DNA of 64,000 nucleotides. Source: Epiperipatus broadwayi (lineage: Eukaryota; Animalia; Onychophora). The translations under genes and the position numbers were made by a program. How positions within the stretch are numbered: the stretch's first letter is position 1; every line of letters starts with the position of its first letter. The DNA lies in the NCBI GenBank assembly GCA_028023455.1, contig JAQFVV010000005.1, positions 22,692,001 to 22,756,000 on the forward strand, given 5' to 3'. Below the pieces are notes generated by a model that did not search any database, was not told where the DNA came from, and saw nothing but the letters and a program-made list of their open reading frames with translations. Positions 12,575 to 26,670 of the stretch are shown one piece after another.

Positions 12575-13199
12575 GTAAGTATATGTGTAGACATGATATC
12601 CTTTTAATAGTAGAATATAATTTAATTAGAAATTATTCGTAACTCTAGATTCAAACCCCAAATCCATAAATATTCTCTATTCATGCCTTTCAAAGATTTT
12701 CACTAAGTCACCGTTTTAAAAATTGATTACTGAAATAATAATAATAATAATTATATGGTTGATCTCTCAGGATTCAAATAATGTTTGAGCAGTTGATGTT
12801 TAGTCTTAATGCAGAAACCTTTACTTCTCTGGGCATTCTGCCAAACCACACAGGATAAAATTGAATAGTGAATGTGAGGAACATATATATCATCTTCCAG
12901 TGTTTTAGTTACTGTAATGCAATAAAATGTTTGTATTTATATTTTTAGTAATCCATTAAATCAGTTTGACTGTTGATGAACTTTGCTGATATTTTTTTAT
13001 AATAATTGCTTTCAGAAAAGTTTTATCATAAATGTGTACGGAGAGATCTTTTTTTTACATATGTTTTTATTTAATTTAGTCTATTTTTTGTCGAACTGGA
13101 AAATCTTATAATTCCATGACAATACATTTTTTTTTTAGAATTTTCAAATAATTTTAGCAAGAAATTAGTGAAATATTTAAGTTTTTAATTTTATATGGG

Positions 13200-15955
13200 A
13201 TATGATATGATGTGATGCACTGTGACTTCTCCTTATATGGAGTCAGAAATCTGTCAGCAACTATGCCCAGAGAAACCTGTTAGCCACTTTACTTTCCCAT
13301 TCCATTCCCCACTGGAAGTTTTCCCATAATCTGCTCCATCCCATTTCTACAACATAATCTTTGTCAATTCCATGATCTTCATATCTAAATACCCCTTATC
13401 TTTTTCCAAACCCAGCATAAAAACCAATAATCCACTTTCTGTATAATCACGTTGTTCATATTTATTCTTCCATAATTTTATTATTTGACTTTGTTCATAT
13501 TTATTCTTCCATAATTTCATTATTTGTACCCTTTTTGCTTCCAAGCATTTACATTGAAGTAACAGATAATATTTTCTATGCCTTTCTTCCACAACTTGCA
13601 GACTAAATCACTCATATTTTCCCATTTACATATATATTCTCTTGTTGCTAAAGATCCCATTTGAAACTTAAACAGTAAACTACTTTCCTTACTATTATCA
13701 TAAATTAATTCGCATGCAATGTTCCATTTACTTCTATATATATTTAAACTCTTTTTACTCTCCATACTAGTTCTCCATCTCTCCAACTCCTTATTCTTCA
13801 TTAATGCATCTTTTCTTCTATCCCATTCCTTACCACTATAATACTCAACAATTCTTTTAACACAATCATCCCACCTTTTGTGCAAATATACTGATATAAA
13901 TTCTTTATCCAAATCTTCTGCATACCGCATTATCTTTCTCACCCATCTTGTTGCCTGTCCTTTACTCATAACCCAATTAAATACTATTTTGGCTATTCTT
14001 TTATTATCCATAAACTGCAATCTACCGAACATTTTCATTTTGCTTTTTGCATTTCTCATATAAAAACTTGACCATCCCATTTCTTCTTGAATTGCCTTCT
14101 TTGCTGTCCACACATCTGCATCTAATGCATGTCTTCCTACTTCCCTTTGTACTTTTTCTAAGTAATCTAATACCCCATTACTAACAAACAACACATCATT
14201 GTCATATGTTAACCCTGCTACTGCAATCCCTTCCACACAATTCTAGCTATATCATATTTATTATATGAAAACACTGTTAATTCCTTTATCAATCCCTTTC
14301 TTTTCTTTGCTTCATTCAATTTTTTCTCCCATTCATCCAAGCAATTTTTCGATTACTTTAGATGATTCCCAAATAGCTATATCTATCCATCACACTACTT
14401 TATATCCCCCAATAAAAATTCTTCATCTTCTCTTTCCCCAGTATTAACCATTATTATATTCGATTTTTTTTTCACTAAATTTAATCCCCATCTCTTTACC
14501 CACCCTTGCACATATCCTCAGCATAACTTCCATATCTTCTTTTCTTTCTGCACACAAAAAGACATCATCTGCAAAAAAAGGCCTGACAAAGTATATAATC
14601 CCTTGCCACCTATTAATGGTATCTCTACCCCTCTTCCTAGTCTTTCTATTCCTCTCTCCATTTCACTCAAATACAACAAAACCAAAATAGGTAACATAGG
14701 GCAACCTTGCCTTAGTCTCACCCCATTTTTAACTTTAACTGATTCTATATCCCCTAATTGATATTTATAATGATTATTTTCATATAATCTCTTAATAATA
14801 TCCACTAAGGCTTCATCCATTCCCAAATTTGCTAAACTTACCCATAATCTATTTCCATTTACTCTATCATATGCCTTCTCTATATCTATAAAACTCATAT
14901 ATAACTCCTACCTGAATTCCTACTCATATCCATAAGTTGTGTAACTACAAATAAACTATCTCCTATACACCTATCTAACCTAAAATCTCCTTGCATTTCC
15001 CCCACTACACTATTTCTTCCATCCATTTTGCATACTATGAAAAAACTTTATATAAAACTGATGTTACCGCTATCGGTCTATAATTGTTTAACTTTCTATG
15101 ATCCCTTACCCTTTCCTTTAAATAATAATCTTACTCTTGTATTACTCCAACTACCTGAAAAAATTCTCTTCTGCACCATTTTATTAAAACATGATAATAG
15201 CTTTACTCTTGCCCTATGCCCTAACTTCATTAACATCTCTTCTACTCATCCATCTAAATCTCTTCCCTTTCCACTTTTCACTTTTTCCCTGTCTCATTCA
15301 GTTTATTTTCTGTAAACCTAATATTCCCATTACTATATGCTTTCATATTTTCTATCCTCCTGTCCTTTACATCTAACATTCTCTCTAATTCTTCTCTAGA
15401 GCTACATTCTATTCCCTCATTATCTAATAACACTATCTCTCTCTCCCCTACATTTCTCCTTATAATGTAATTCCAAAATTTTTTACTCCATCTCTTCCAT
15501 TTTTATTAATATCCTCCAACAATTTACTATTCAATTTTTTATTCTCTCTCTATAATTATCTATTTTGGCTAACTTCTTTTTTTCTAAGTCCTTTTTCCAT
15601 TTAGCATTAATATCTTTCTCATTTTCTTTGCTCTTAATAGCACACTTATATTCTCTGTATGATTCCTTTCTTTTACACTTTTGCTAACTCTCATTTTTTT
15701 ATTACTTTTATTCTTCTGAATATTCTCACCTAAAACCCTGTTTGCCATTTTTTCTATTTCATCACACCAATGCTTATACTCGTCCCCAACCAACTCTTCC
15801 ATAGTTTCTTCAACTTGTATTTTATACTCTTCCAACTTATTCTTATCATTCACTCTCCATCCACATCTTTCACTATTGTTTCTACTTTTATTTCTATTCT
15901 CCATCATATTTCAACCATTTCGATTACAAAGAAATTATGATCACTATTGGAGTCA
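13200..15955 (-). mobile_element. 5'-truncated APE-RT LINE (same family as 37.9-42.6 kb and 52.0-53.7 kb copies), degenerate
   Basis: Minus-strand fragments: SDHNFFVIEM (end of endonuclease, about 15.92-15.95 kb), FIDIEKAYDRV, LRQGCPM..LF (RT), and a C-terminal CKL..KGIENI zinc-knuckle region. The 3' UTR ends in an (ATCAC/ATCAT)n tail at about 13200. Frameshifts and stops are present. Confidence 0.92.
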
Positions 15956-17085
15956 GTACAGGTCATGGTACTGCCATTTAACTGTATTTAATTGTTTTTA
16001 AATTTTCTTCATTTTTAATTTTTAGAACTATGTAAAAGTAAAAAATAAATGCTTTTAAATGGACTAAAGAGTGAAAAATATACTTTCTTCAGGTTCACAG
16101 TAATTTTGGTATTATGTGACCAAAAGTAAAAGCTTGAAAAATAATACAAGAAGAAAGTAGAGGTTATTTATAAGTTTGTTTAAATGATTTCTCTCTTACG
16201 TTTTTATTTTTGGTTGCATAATAACAAAAACACTATGAAAGCTGAAAAGAAAAAAAAATTTTTTTTTTAATTTTTAATGCATTTATGTGAATAAAAGTAT
16301 TTTTTTAATTTTTATTATTATTATTTTAACAAAAAATTGAAATTTAATAAAATTAATAATAAGTATTTAACCATTTTCTTTACAAATATGATCCATTAAT
16401 TTCAATATATGTTAAATGCTTTTTTAAAAATATATATAGAAAATTTAATCAAAACTTTTGCTTTTCAGAAAATCGAGTCAATTTGAAATAACATTAACAT
16501 TGAAATATAATACTTAGATTAATTAACTATTTATCTTCCATACAACATTATAATAGATCTAATTAAGAGATAAATAATTATACTTTAATGCAAAATTCTA
16601 AAATGTATTTGGTGGAATGCGTTAAATGGATATATTCAATACGTTAATCATTTTTATTAATCTGATGTTAAAGCATTTTTGTCATTCTTCATCTAATTAT
16701 CTTCTTTCAATATTAATACAAGTGATGTCAATGTGTTGATCTGTGCCTGTGTAGTTTAACCCAATGATAGAATATCAGACTCTGAATTGTGGATCCTAGT
16801 ATCGTTTCTGTATCGTTTCTGATTCTGACACTTCTACCGCTTGATCTTCTTACGAACTGTCAAGTAATAAAATTATTGGAATAGTTTTAAATGCTGATCA
16901 GTGTCTTTTAACATATAGTTAGCATTTTAATTTCTATAGAGAAATTAAACATTAACGATCTCTATCTTCACTTGTAAATAAATGAGCTAAGCATTGATTT
17001 AATCAATAGATACTAAACTGAAATATCTACATAATTTTGTGATAAATTTCTGAGTAGCTGATTTTTATATAGGAGGGAGTAACTG

Positions 17086-17455
17086 TTATTAAAACAGGCA
17101 AAACTCTCCATGCAGTAATGCCACTCAGTGCAATCCAGAGTAATCAATGGATGCCAGAAAATCCCCATCTAGTGCCTACTCATCCAATATCCCCAAACTA
17201 GTTTCTGGCTTGTGGCTTTCGTCAGTGAGGAGCCTTGGATCTGAGAGCACTGCATCTAGATCTTAGGATCTAATGCAAACCAGAAACTAGTCTGGGGATA
17301 TTGGATGAGTAGGCCTTAGATGTGGAATTTATGCACAAGCCTTCTGGCATCCAGTGATTACTCTAGCTTGCACTGAATGGCAATACTGTATGGAGAGTTT
17401 TGTCTGTTTTAATAACAGTTATAAGCAAGCATAAGAAATGGTGATCATGTGATGG
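17086..17455. mobile_element. Family-1 hammerhead-bearing insertion forming a long palindrome
   Basis: 11-bp TSD GGGAGTAACTG at 17075-17085 and 17456-17466. Inverted arms of about 125-140 bp span 17080-17421. Hammerhead on the minus strand at 17188-17232, and the 3' half of the core on plus at 17279-17300. Confidence 0.85.
17188..17232 (-). ncRNA. Minimal type-I hammerhead ribozyme-like motif (family 1)
   Basis: Minus strand: TCCTCA-CTGACGA-AAGC-CACAA-GCCA-GAA-ACTAGT-T-TGGGGA. Stem I 6 bp (one G.U), palindromic stem III, GUU triplet. Stem II is weakened by G>A. Confidence 0.65.
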
Positions 17456-18614
17456 GGGAGTAACTGCTGAATTGTATTCATCCGATGGCAGTTTTAGGCA
17501 TATTGTGTAAACAACTTGAAAGTTTCAAGATCCCCTAATGTTTTAAATCCATGTTAACTTTCATGTTCTGAAATTATTTCACTATCAATATATTTTTATG
17601 AACTCATTACCCTTAACTTTATAAATGAAATAATTGAATGATTTGTTTTTCAGAAGTTCATGTGAAGATCAAACTCAGAAATGTCAGAATTGAACTAAGA
17701 GTATGCCACCACATTAAATGTGCAAGGTACTATTAACATTTTGGCAGTAAGATGGTGCATGCCACAACAAGCATCTACTGATACCATTACATTAGGTTCT
17801 TGCATTGATAATTAGTTCATAAACTTGAATGAAATTATTTACACAGAATCAAGATCCAATGACTATTACTCTAAATCAATGCTTCCACTCTTGGTTGTGA
17901 AACATCGCCCTTTTCTAACACAAAGGTGTAAATTAATAAATTCACATTACATGCTTCTTATTGTAGTGATAATATTTAATATATGCATGACATTCAAACT
18001 TTATTCTCCAACTGTCTAAATCGAAAAACTTTTTATAAGTAATTTATAAATATAGTTGGGAGTGAATATTTTGGGGGAAAATATTATTTCCATTTTAAAG
18101 TAAACATCTCACTGCACTGTTGTTAATGTATTTATTTCTATATTCATCATCTACAGTTCAAACCCAAGTCAAGCTTGGAGATTGGTTTTTTGTTTTTGTT
18201 TTTTTGTAGCCAATCCATAGCTAATTCAACTAACCATTTAATATTGGTTGGTAAATGGGCATCTAGATTTTTACCTGTAGGATAAAGTTTGGAATAATCA
18301 GGATTGGTCAGATAAATGTTGATGCTCTGAGAATAAAAGAAAACAAATTATTGAATGGCCATTTTTTTTAAAGGAAATCACAATTAAATGTATTAAGTCC
18401 AGAGTTTGTCTTTATCTTTTTAACTTTACTTTCTGATATTGTCATCTTTCAAATTCTCAGAATCCCTACTGACATATTATCACCCTTGTTAATTTTTTAA
18501 ATGTATATATCAAATTCTTGTGATTTTTAATGAGCACATAAATAATTTTATGGCTTATCAAGTAAGTATTGCTGAAAATAAAAATCTATTCATAGAACAA
18601 ACAAATCTGAATCT

Positions 18615-18839
18615 AAAATCACACTTTTCTTTATTTTTGTCGTAATATCCTATAAATACAATTTATCCAAAACCGGTTCAAACACTTTTTAGCAAAACTC
18701 TTTATTTGTACATATACATACACCTACATTTCGACTGACCTGCAGTCTTCTTCAGAGCAAGTTTATTTTGATCTTTTAAATAAAAAAATAAAAATAAAGA
18801 GTTTGCTAAAAAGTGTTTGAAGCGGTTTGGATAAATTGT
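18615..18839 (-). mobile_element. Family-2 hammerhead-bearing insertion (5'-inverted, TSD-flanked)
   Basis: 12-bp TSD AAATCTGAATCT at 18603-18614 and 18840-18851. 18659-18707 is inverted at about 18793-18838. Core on minus at 18721-18760: CTGAAGA-A-GACTG-CAGGT-CAGTC-GAAA-TGTA. Confidence 0.75.
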
Positions 18840-19444
18840 AAATCTGAATCTGTTACTAAAGTAATTCCCAAACTAATAAAGTCATTGCTAATAAAATGTT
18901 TTAACTTTTTCAAATATAAATGCTTGATTTATTACTATATAACAAGCTGAAGAGCAGAAATAAATTGATATAACAAAAGGTGGATTTTATTTACAAAGTT
19001 CCTTTAAATGACTCTTTGGGGTTTTAGCTTGTGAAATATCTTAATAATGTATTTGGACTTAATTGTTCAATGAGTAGATTTATATTCTCAGGGTTACATA
19101 TTTGATAAGCCATGAAATTATTTATGTATTCACAAAAAAAAATCATTAAAATATCATCTAAATTAATATTTGAAACTGTAAGATGTTTTAGCAATATCAA
19201 AACAAAAATCACTGCTAATGAAAGTTTCTGCCATTTTGAATATCAATGCTTGATTTATTTTTGTAACAAAATGAAGTTTAGATAAAAGTGATCATCTTTT
19301 ATCTGATAAAATAGATTGGCATTGTTATAAAAAAAGATGGGTACTATTTACAAATTCATTTAAATAATTATTTGAGGATTTAACATGCGAATTATCTTAG
19401 TAACAATAGGACTTGTTTGTTTCATGAATAGACATACTTATATG

Positions 19445-19918
19445 TCATCATCATCATCAACCATTATCAATTCTTTGCAGGATGAAGGTCTCTCCAAGTT
19501 CAATCCATCTTTTCTGATCTTTAGCTTCTCTTCTCCACATCACCCCTGCACACTTTCTTACTTCATTCATCCATCTCACATGTGGTTTCTTTCTGGGTCT
19601 TTTACAATCTCTTGGAATCCAGTTTAAGATTTCAATTGTCCATCTATTATCATCTCTTCTAGCAATATGTCCAGCCCAACTTCACTTCAATCTTTTAATT
19701 TTTTCAATGAGGTCAGTAACACCTGTTTGTTCTTTTACCCATATATTGTGTGTTCGATCTTTTATTGTTACTCCCAACATGCATCTCTCCATACTTCTTT
19801 GAGTGGTCTGAAGTCTCTGTGTTGCTCTTCTATTAAATGTCCAAGTCTCAGACACATAAGTAAGAACTGGTAAAACACATTTGTTAAAAACCTTCCTTTT
19901 CAAACATCTTTCCACTCT
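19445..19918 (-). mobile_element. RTE-clade LINE 3' fragment with (GAT)n tail
   Basis: ORF 19682-19915 reads KCVLPVLTYVSETWTFNRRATQRLQTTQRSMERCMLGV. (TCA)n at 19445-19459. Close homolog at 61721-62484. Confidence 0.9.
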
Positions 19919-20585
19919 AGTGCCAGTCTGAGGATTAGGATTTAAATACTAAGATTAGCGATTTTTTACTTAAATCACTATATTACTCAAATGTACATTA
20001 GATGGCAGTAGAGTGGAAAGCTACTGTTGCATTATATTGTTTTAAACTGGTAATTTGGTTAATTGTGTTATTAATTTAAATTTATCAATTATTAAACTTT
20101 TTCTAAATACATTGGAAAAAAATTATCACTGGTCCTAAAATTGGTCAATGACACATCCAAACTGTTGAAGGTGTTTCATTTGAAGTAATGATATTTATAA
20201 TTTGTTACAACACCAAAATATTATGCCATTGAAAAAAAAAAAAACAATACAATAAAAAATCTAGAGAGAAAGATAGAGAAATCATGTGACTTGAGTGTGC
20301 AAGATGAGGAAACAGTTAAGAGATAATGGTGTTTACATAAAAATTTACGAAATCAAGTTTTCAAATATCTAATTTCTTTTATTTAATTTTTTTTTTTTTC
20401 AAGCTTTAAATAACTGAAACTGTGGATAGTGAATCTGTGGATACTGGAGGACTAATATATTTCTTTTTAATTTATTTTAAAAATAAAAATATATAAACCT
20501 CATTAAATGATTCATTAAGATTTTATGTAGAAATTTTATATTTTATGATTCACATTTTATTTACTGAGTTTTTACTTTATCGTAG

Positions 20586-20705
20586 AACCTATACAATGTA
20601 AAGATGAAAACCCATGTGATAGTTCTGCAGAATGCAAAGTCAAAGATAATAACGTGGAATGTATTTGCAGTGATGGAACCATGGTGCCACCTAACTCACC
20701 ATGTC
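20586..20705 (+). CDS. Exon D: 6-Cys EGF-like module
   Basis: CGTAG acceptor after a pyrimidine tract, GTAAG donor. 120 nt, phase 1-1: xPIQCKDENPCDSSAECKVKDNNVECICSDGTMVPPNSPC. Confidence 0.92.
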
Positions 20706-23700
20706 GTAAGTATTTAAATCATTTTTATAAAAAAGAATGTGTTCAGTTATTATTTTAGTTATTAATATCCGAAATTTTCCATCATCCACTTCTCTCTTTA
20801 ATAATTCAACAATATTTAACTTCTTTATACTCACATTTATTTTGCACTGTTATTTAAACATAATATGTCTATTGTGAACAGTTTTTTAACTTTGAAAAAC
20901 AATTTAAAAATGACTTTTCTAAAAAATCAATATATATTTAAATAATATCTAAAAGAAAGCATGAAATGAAAAGAGCAATGTGCTATTGAGATAGCGCATC
21001 TGTTTGTCATGACCTGGGGTTAGAATTCAGGCTAAGTAAAATTATTTTTCAAAAGGCTTTGGATTTTCCTCTCAAATTGTTAATTATTAGCTATCTCTGC
21101 TAACTATCCAGTATTAGTTAGTAAACGGGTTTCTAACTCTTTATCTAGACTAGGAGATTGAATCTAGCCCTTTTCAAGAGGTTCATGATTTTTTTTCTCA
21201 AATAATAAGCCATTTGCTAACCTAAATAAATAACCAATATTGATCAGGAAATGGATATCTAATTAATTTTTATCTAGAGAGTAAAAAACATTCAAAGTAT
21301 CTGTAAGCCTGGTAGGTAATGGCTTCTCTTCTACTATTCCTCCATGAGGGACTGTTGCTTTCAGATCTTGAAGGGACTAATTATTGAAAAGGCTGATTTA
21401 CTTTTTAATTATGTAGAAATAAAGAGTTGGAGTATCATTTATTAATTATATTAATGACAATATCAAGTAACTTTCTATTATGTTCCCAAGAATAGTTATC
21501 TCTACGAAGAGCCATCATTTATAACCTTGATGAATTAGTGAACACTGGATAGTGTAATACTATAAATGACGCATCACCTGGCCAAGGTCTGGCTTTCACT
21601 TTTCAATGAAGATTAGGATTCAAAGCTAGAACTAATACACTCTTATATCTAGAGCCACTTTTACTCTTTTATGCTATTCAAATTGATTTTGAATCTTAAG
21701 CTAATATGTTTTTATAATTATATTCTGCTATTGAATCATTTTTCATATATATTTTAAAGACCTCAATTTGATGACAACTGGTCTCCTTCTAATTGGTGAT
21801 AATAATAAAAAGTTATTCAAGCAGCAAAGTAATAGTCTGATAATGACTGAGTTCCTTCATTTGACCAAACTGAAATTATTATTTTTTACTTTTTTTTAGC
21901 TATAAAAAGTGAGTCGTGAACATTTAGTTCTTTTGTTCATCACTATACTCTGTCTAAATTATACAGAGCTTTTCTGTTGCTTATGTATTCTCCAAAATTA
22001 TGTATATATGACTTTTTTCTGTTCAACATTTTCCAGTTTATATATATATAATTTTATCATGTTTTAATATTTTGAAACTTTTATTATGTGATAAAAATTA
22101 TTAGAATGTTTTACTTCTCAGAACTGTATAAGAAATTCAAGCATTGGAGGCATCAGAACAGAACTGTGATCCATGGACTTTGAGATCCAGTGCCCATTAG
22201 TCTACGACTGCACTTAGCTAAGACAATGAAACTCTTGAAACAGCTTCTATAAAAATGATGTAATGTGCTGTGTCCAGCAGTGACCAAGTTATTGCACAGC
22301 TGGATTGCAAATTTAATTGGAAAAAATAACATTAATATAATCCCAGGCAGCAGAGCAATTTATTATTGATACTCCAATAATTAATTATAAACAGTTATTC
22401 TAAATGCTCCAGCTCTTCAACATTCAAAGTTATCACATACGAATACAATGAGTTCAAGGCAGTTGATTTATGTGGGTTCAACGATCAGGTACTGCTGTCT
22501 CGAGAATTAGTTAAGAGTCCGGAGAAAGTTCTCGGAGAGGTCAGTTGGTAAGGCTGACAATAATTGTCAGTGGAAGAAACACGTCTGTTCTTCAAGGGCT
22601 ACAAGCAGCTAATCATCTTCTCTTCCCACTCTGGTGAAGATCGTGATTCAAGTTTTTGTTTTAATAATATAATTGGTTGGAATCCATCAGTACCATGTGG
22701 TAGTACCAATGTTATTACATTCCAACCTGCATTTTAGTTTAATCAAATTTATAATACAAGTTTTTATCTTTTTAATTAATTTCATTTCTTTTTTCAGATG
22801 ATTCTTGTTAGGAATTTAATAACATGTTTTCCAATGGCATTTTTTTGCATTTATACATGCACATACTTATTTTACTTTAACATTTCCATCTTTTTCAGTT
22901 TCAATAAAAATACGCATTTGATAAGATTTTTATTTTAATATACGCGTATTTCGCACACCTCCCCCCAGTTCAGAGATTCGTGTTTTATTTTTTTCCTATT
23001 CTCTGAACTTAAAACATAATAAGTATGGTAGGGGGGGGGGGTTCTTTTCAGCTTTGTAGTATTTTCCTTAGGGACTACATTGCTGTTGCAACTTTTCCCA
23101 AACGTCCACTTGATGTTGTCTTTTTCCTGAAACAGCTGCAGCGTTTGTTGACATAGCTAAAGAAATAATTGAGTATTAAGGAATAAAAAATATATGGATT
23201 TTTTTAATTATTCAAGAAATTGGAGGGAAGAAATGTTTTACTTGGTTAATAAGACAGTTAGATCATTATCTTAAAATTCACTAATCTAAAGAGTGTTGCC
23301 TTAAAATTCATTATTCATGAATCTAATGGTCCAGGTTCATTTTCCATATTAGTGCTGTCACTGTTCAGGCCAACATCACCTGAAGAAGAGAGAAGAATAA
23401 TACCACCCAAAACATATTATATACTAACCTGTGTGCTATTACTAATAGTTGAATGTATTTGGAAAGTTTAAATAAAGTTTGAATTTTTCTAAAGTCAATA
23501 ATTCAACATATAATTATTTCTGTTTCATTCTCTTTAACTTTCAGTTTCTCTCCTCACCATATAATTTATCCTGATCTTTCTTTTAACATTATATAATCCA
23601 AAAATAAATAGACAATTCTCTTCACCCTATCCTAGAGCCTTCTATGAATGCCAGATATTATAAAACGATATATTGTCTGGTTTCTACTAATTATTAAAGC

Positions 23701-25559
23701 TTATGATAAAATGGCTTTAGAATATAGTAAAGACATTCTTCGAAGACACGAAGAAACATTTTTATTGTGTAATGTCATGAAATAATGTTTTCTGATTAAT
23801 TCAAAGAATTAAAATTAATTAAGATAAAAATTTCTAATAATTACTGAAATTGTTTACATTAATAGTCTCATACAATATTTAATTAAATTCGCTACTCTAC
23901 TAAAGTTGGTGAGATTACAAATGTTAGTTTATCACAGCAAATGAAATTCAATGCAAGAAAAATGCAAAGATTTACTCTCAGAAAAGCTGTCATTTCCAAT
24001 CCTCATGACTTGCTTTATGAAAGGTCTAATGCTTGTCAATCATCAGTAGCTTCTTAGTTCAAGTTTAAGTATACTGACTGCATTGATATATAATATAAGT
24101 GCAAGTTAATATTCAGAAAGTAATTCCTGGCCAATGAATTATTTTTATATAAACAAATTGATTACTCTTAAATGAACTTCAGCATTTTCAACTTTCCTAT
24201 CATAACATAAATAATATTGGATTTACTGACTTGGTTATTTAATTGGCCTTTTTGCCATTGGTTGTTTGTTTAATTACTGTTATTTAATTGGTCAATTGTA
24301 TTGTTGTTGTTTTTTAAATTCAATTTCTGAAGAGTTCTATTAATGGATGAGTATATTATTGGAAGTAAGTTTTAGATGTGTCCTCAGTTGTATTAATCTT
24401 CTTTTTAAGTAATATGTATATTGTTACTTACCATTATGTCCCTACTGTTTATAAGTGGCTGCTTATTATTATTTTATTATTACTTACATTTTGTTTATGT
24501 TGTATTTATATTTCTTAACTTATATGTGAACTGTCTGGTTTGGCTTTTTATCGTTCAAAGCTTGCAGCCATTCATTAGGATTGAGAGTTATGACATTTGT
24601 GAACCAACTCTCATTAAGCCTTCCCTAGTTCTGATGAAAGTGGCAATAAGAGATTAAATATGGTCATTTCACCAAGTGGTATATCATAATTACAAAAGTA
24701 TTAACTTCACTTAATCTTCTTCCAAGAAAAGTAACTTCACCTATTAAAACTTTAGCAGAAAAAATTAGAATTATGTGCATATTAGGTCCAATAATTAAAT
24801 ATTGAACTCAAGATCAATAAAAATGTCACATGATTCATTCAAAGAATAGAGACAGTCTACAGTTGTTATAGAATTAAAATGTCTAAAATAAATAGAAATT
24901 GATCTTTTATGTAAATGAGTTAACATAAGTTTAAAATCTTAGAATTTTTTTTAATATCAGGCTTTTAGTTTGAATAATACAAAGAAATAAAAAAAAATTG
25001 ATTACTAAATGCATAAATGTATTAGTCCCAACTTCAAATCCTAGTGTCACTGATTTAAACAAAAACCAGAACTGGTATCTACAGATGGGGATTTTTTTAG
25101 CACATACCCATTGATTATTTAAGCTTACATTAAATGACTCTAGAGTAGGGTAAAGAACACCATCATTAAAAGGAATTCAAATATTTCTTTTACATATGAA
25201 ACCATATATATCCAGCATTCATATGTGAACACATAAACAAAAACTATTTATACTATTAGCATAAAACTTTATTAATATACATATTACAATGGAAAAAAAG
25301 TTTTATTTATCAATTTGAATATCATTGGCTTAATTTAATTTGCAAAGTTTTCTATAAATACACTTGAACTATATTATGTTATTTTGAAGTAGGTGTTTAT
25401 ATCACACATTTCTATTTAATTCACAAAATTTTCTAGATAGAATTTTAATTGCTTCCTTGTAAATACTTTATAATAAACTCTACTTATACAATTCCAGTAC
25501 TACTATGTATTGTAAACAGGAGTAATTAATAAATGGTTGATGGTAGAGCTTATTAAATC

Positions 25560-26020
25560 TCTATTCCAGTCTAACATTTTTTGCTTTCTGTCTCAAGTCT
25601 AATCAATTCTCTTTAACAAAGTACTTAAATATCTATACTCTTCCAGTTCTTTAAAACAAATATCTCATTTTTTGTTTATCATTTTCATCATTTTTATTAA
25701 ATACTAATATCTTAGATTTTTTTATCACTGAATATTGTTTGTATATTTTTTTCTATCTCTCTGTGCAACTTCATATCCTTTATGCTACTTTTAAAATGCC
25801 ATATTTATCCAAAAAAGCTGTTGTCCTTATATCTTCTTTTGGTTCCCCCATTCCCATTTTCAATTTTTTCTTTTTTTCAATCTCTAATTCTTTTAAAAAC
25901 AAAATAAATGATAATGATAACAATGGGTTTTTTTTTACATTTAATTTTCTCTAATTCTATATCTCCCAATTGATATAAAAATTATCCTTGTAATTCCTTT
26001 TCTTTGTCTGTAGCCAATTA
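25560..26020 (-). mobile_element. Very degraded LINE RT fragment
   Basis: Purine-rich minus strand with GMGEPKED (GVPQG-like) and IFKY motifs, interrupted by stops. Confidence 0.35.
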
Positions 26021-26509
26021 TCAAGGTGTTGATTTATTGAAAGGAATAATAAATGACAGTGCTAACAGACCTCTGTGGAGACAAGAGCGGATAGGTTAAC
26101 TTTGGCTTTCTTTCGTTCAGAAAAAAAGTGCTGGTTTGTATATATTTCATGGTCATGTAATGTTACTATATTGTATGAGTTTATGAATTCATACTCCTTC
26201 ATAACTGGAGCAATTTGTCTTGAATTTTGCGTTTAAAATGTTTAAACATTCCATTATAATTTGAATGACATAACATAAATAAAGTGATCACCAGATGGAA
26301 CAATACAGTAATTGCCATCTCTTGATTAAAAGCTAAGTAATCGGAAACTAAATCCTCAGATGAAGTTAGAGTTTTATTCAAAAGCCATACGCTCAGTGAT
26401 AATGTTTACCATTCACTCTTTATAAATTATTTTTATGTCATTGTAAATACAACTATTATTTAATTACATAATCTTCTATTGTCACCACTTTTATGTTTTT
26501 ATTGTAAGC

Positions 26510-26670
26510 TTTAGTAATCAATAGATGCCAGATGATCGTGCTTAATAAATCCTTACCTAGTGTTGTCCTATCCAAATATCCCCGGACTATTTTTTAGTTT
26601 ATAGTTTTCTTCAATGATGAGCTTTTTATATTTTTTTTAACATTGCCCTTAAATCTTTGGATCTAATGCA
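26510..26670 (-). mobile_element. Old degenerate family-1 copy
   Basis: GTAATCAATAGATGCCAG...AAATCCTTACCTAGTG...CCAAATATCCCCCGGACTA aligns by eye with 3425-3500. GGATCTAATGCA matches 17266-17277. Confidence 0.55.

Noticed and set aside
17652-17727. AG/GT-bounded Cys-containing stretch
   Set aside because: The phase-1 frame has no EGF spacing, and the Cys-rich frame has stops.
21290-21600. Very old PLE GIY-YIG fragment with an AAGCC/GGCTT stem (minus)
   Set aside because: There is only a VIYSIT-like word and one stem; too degenerate to call.
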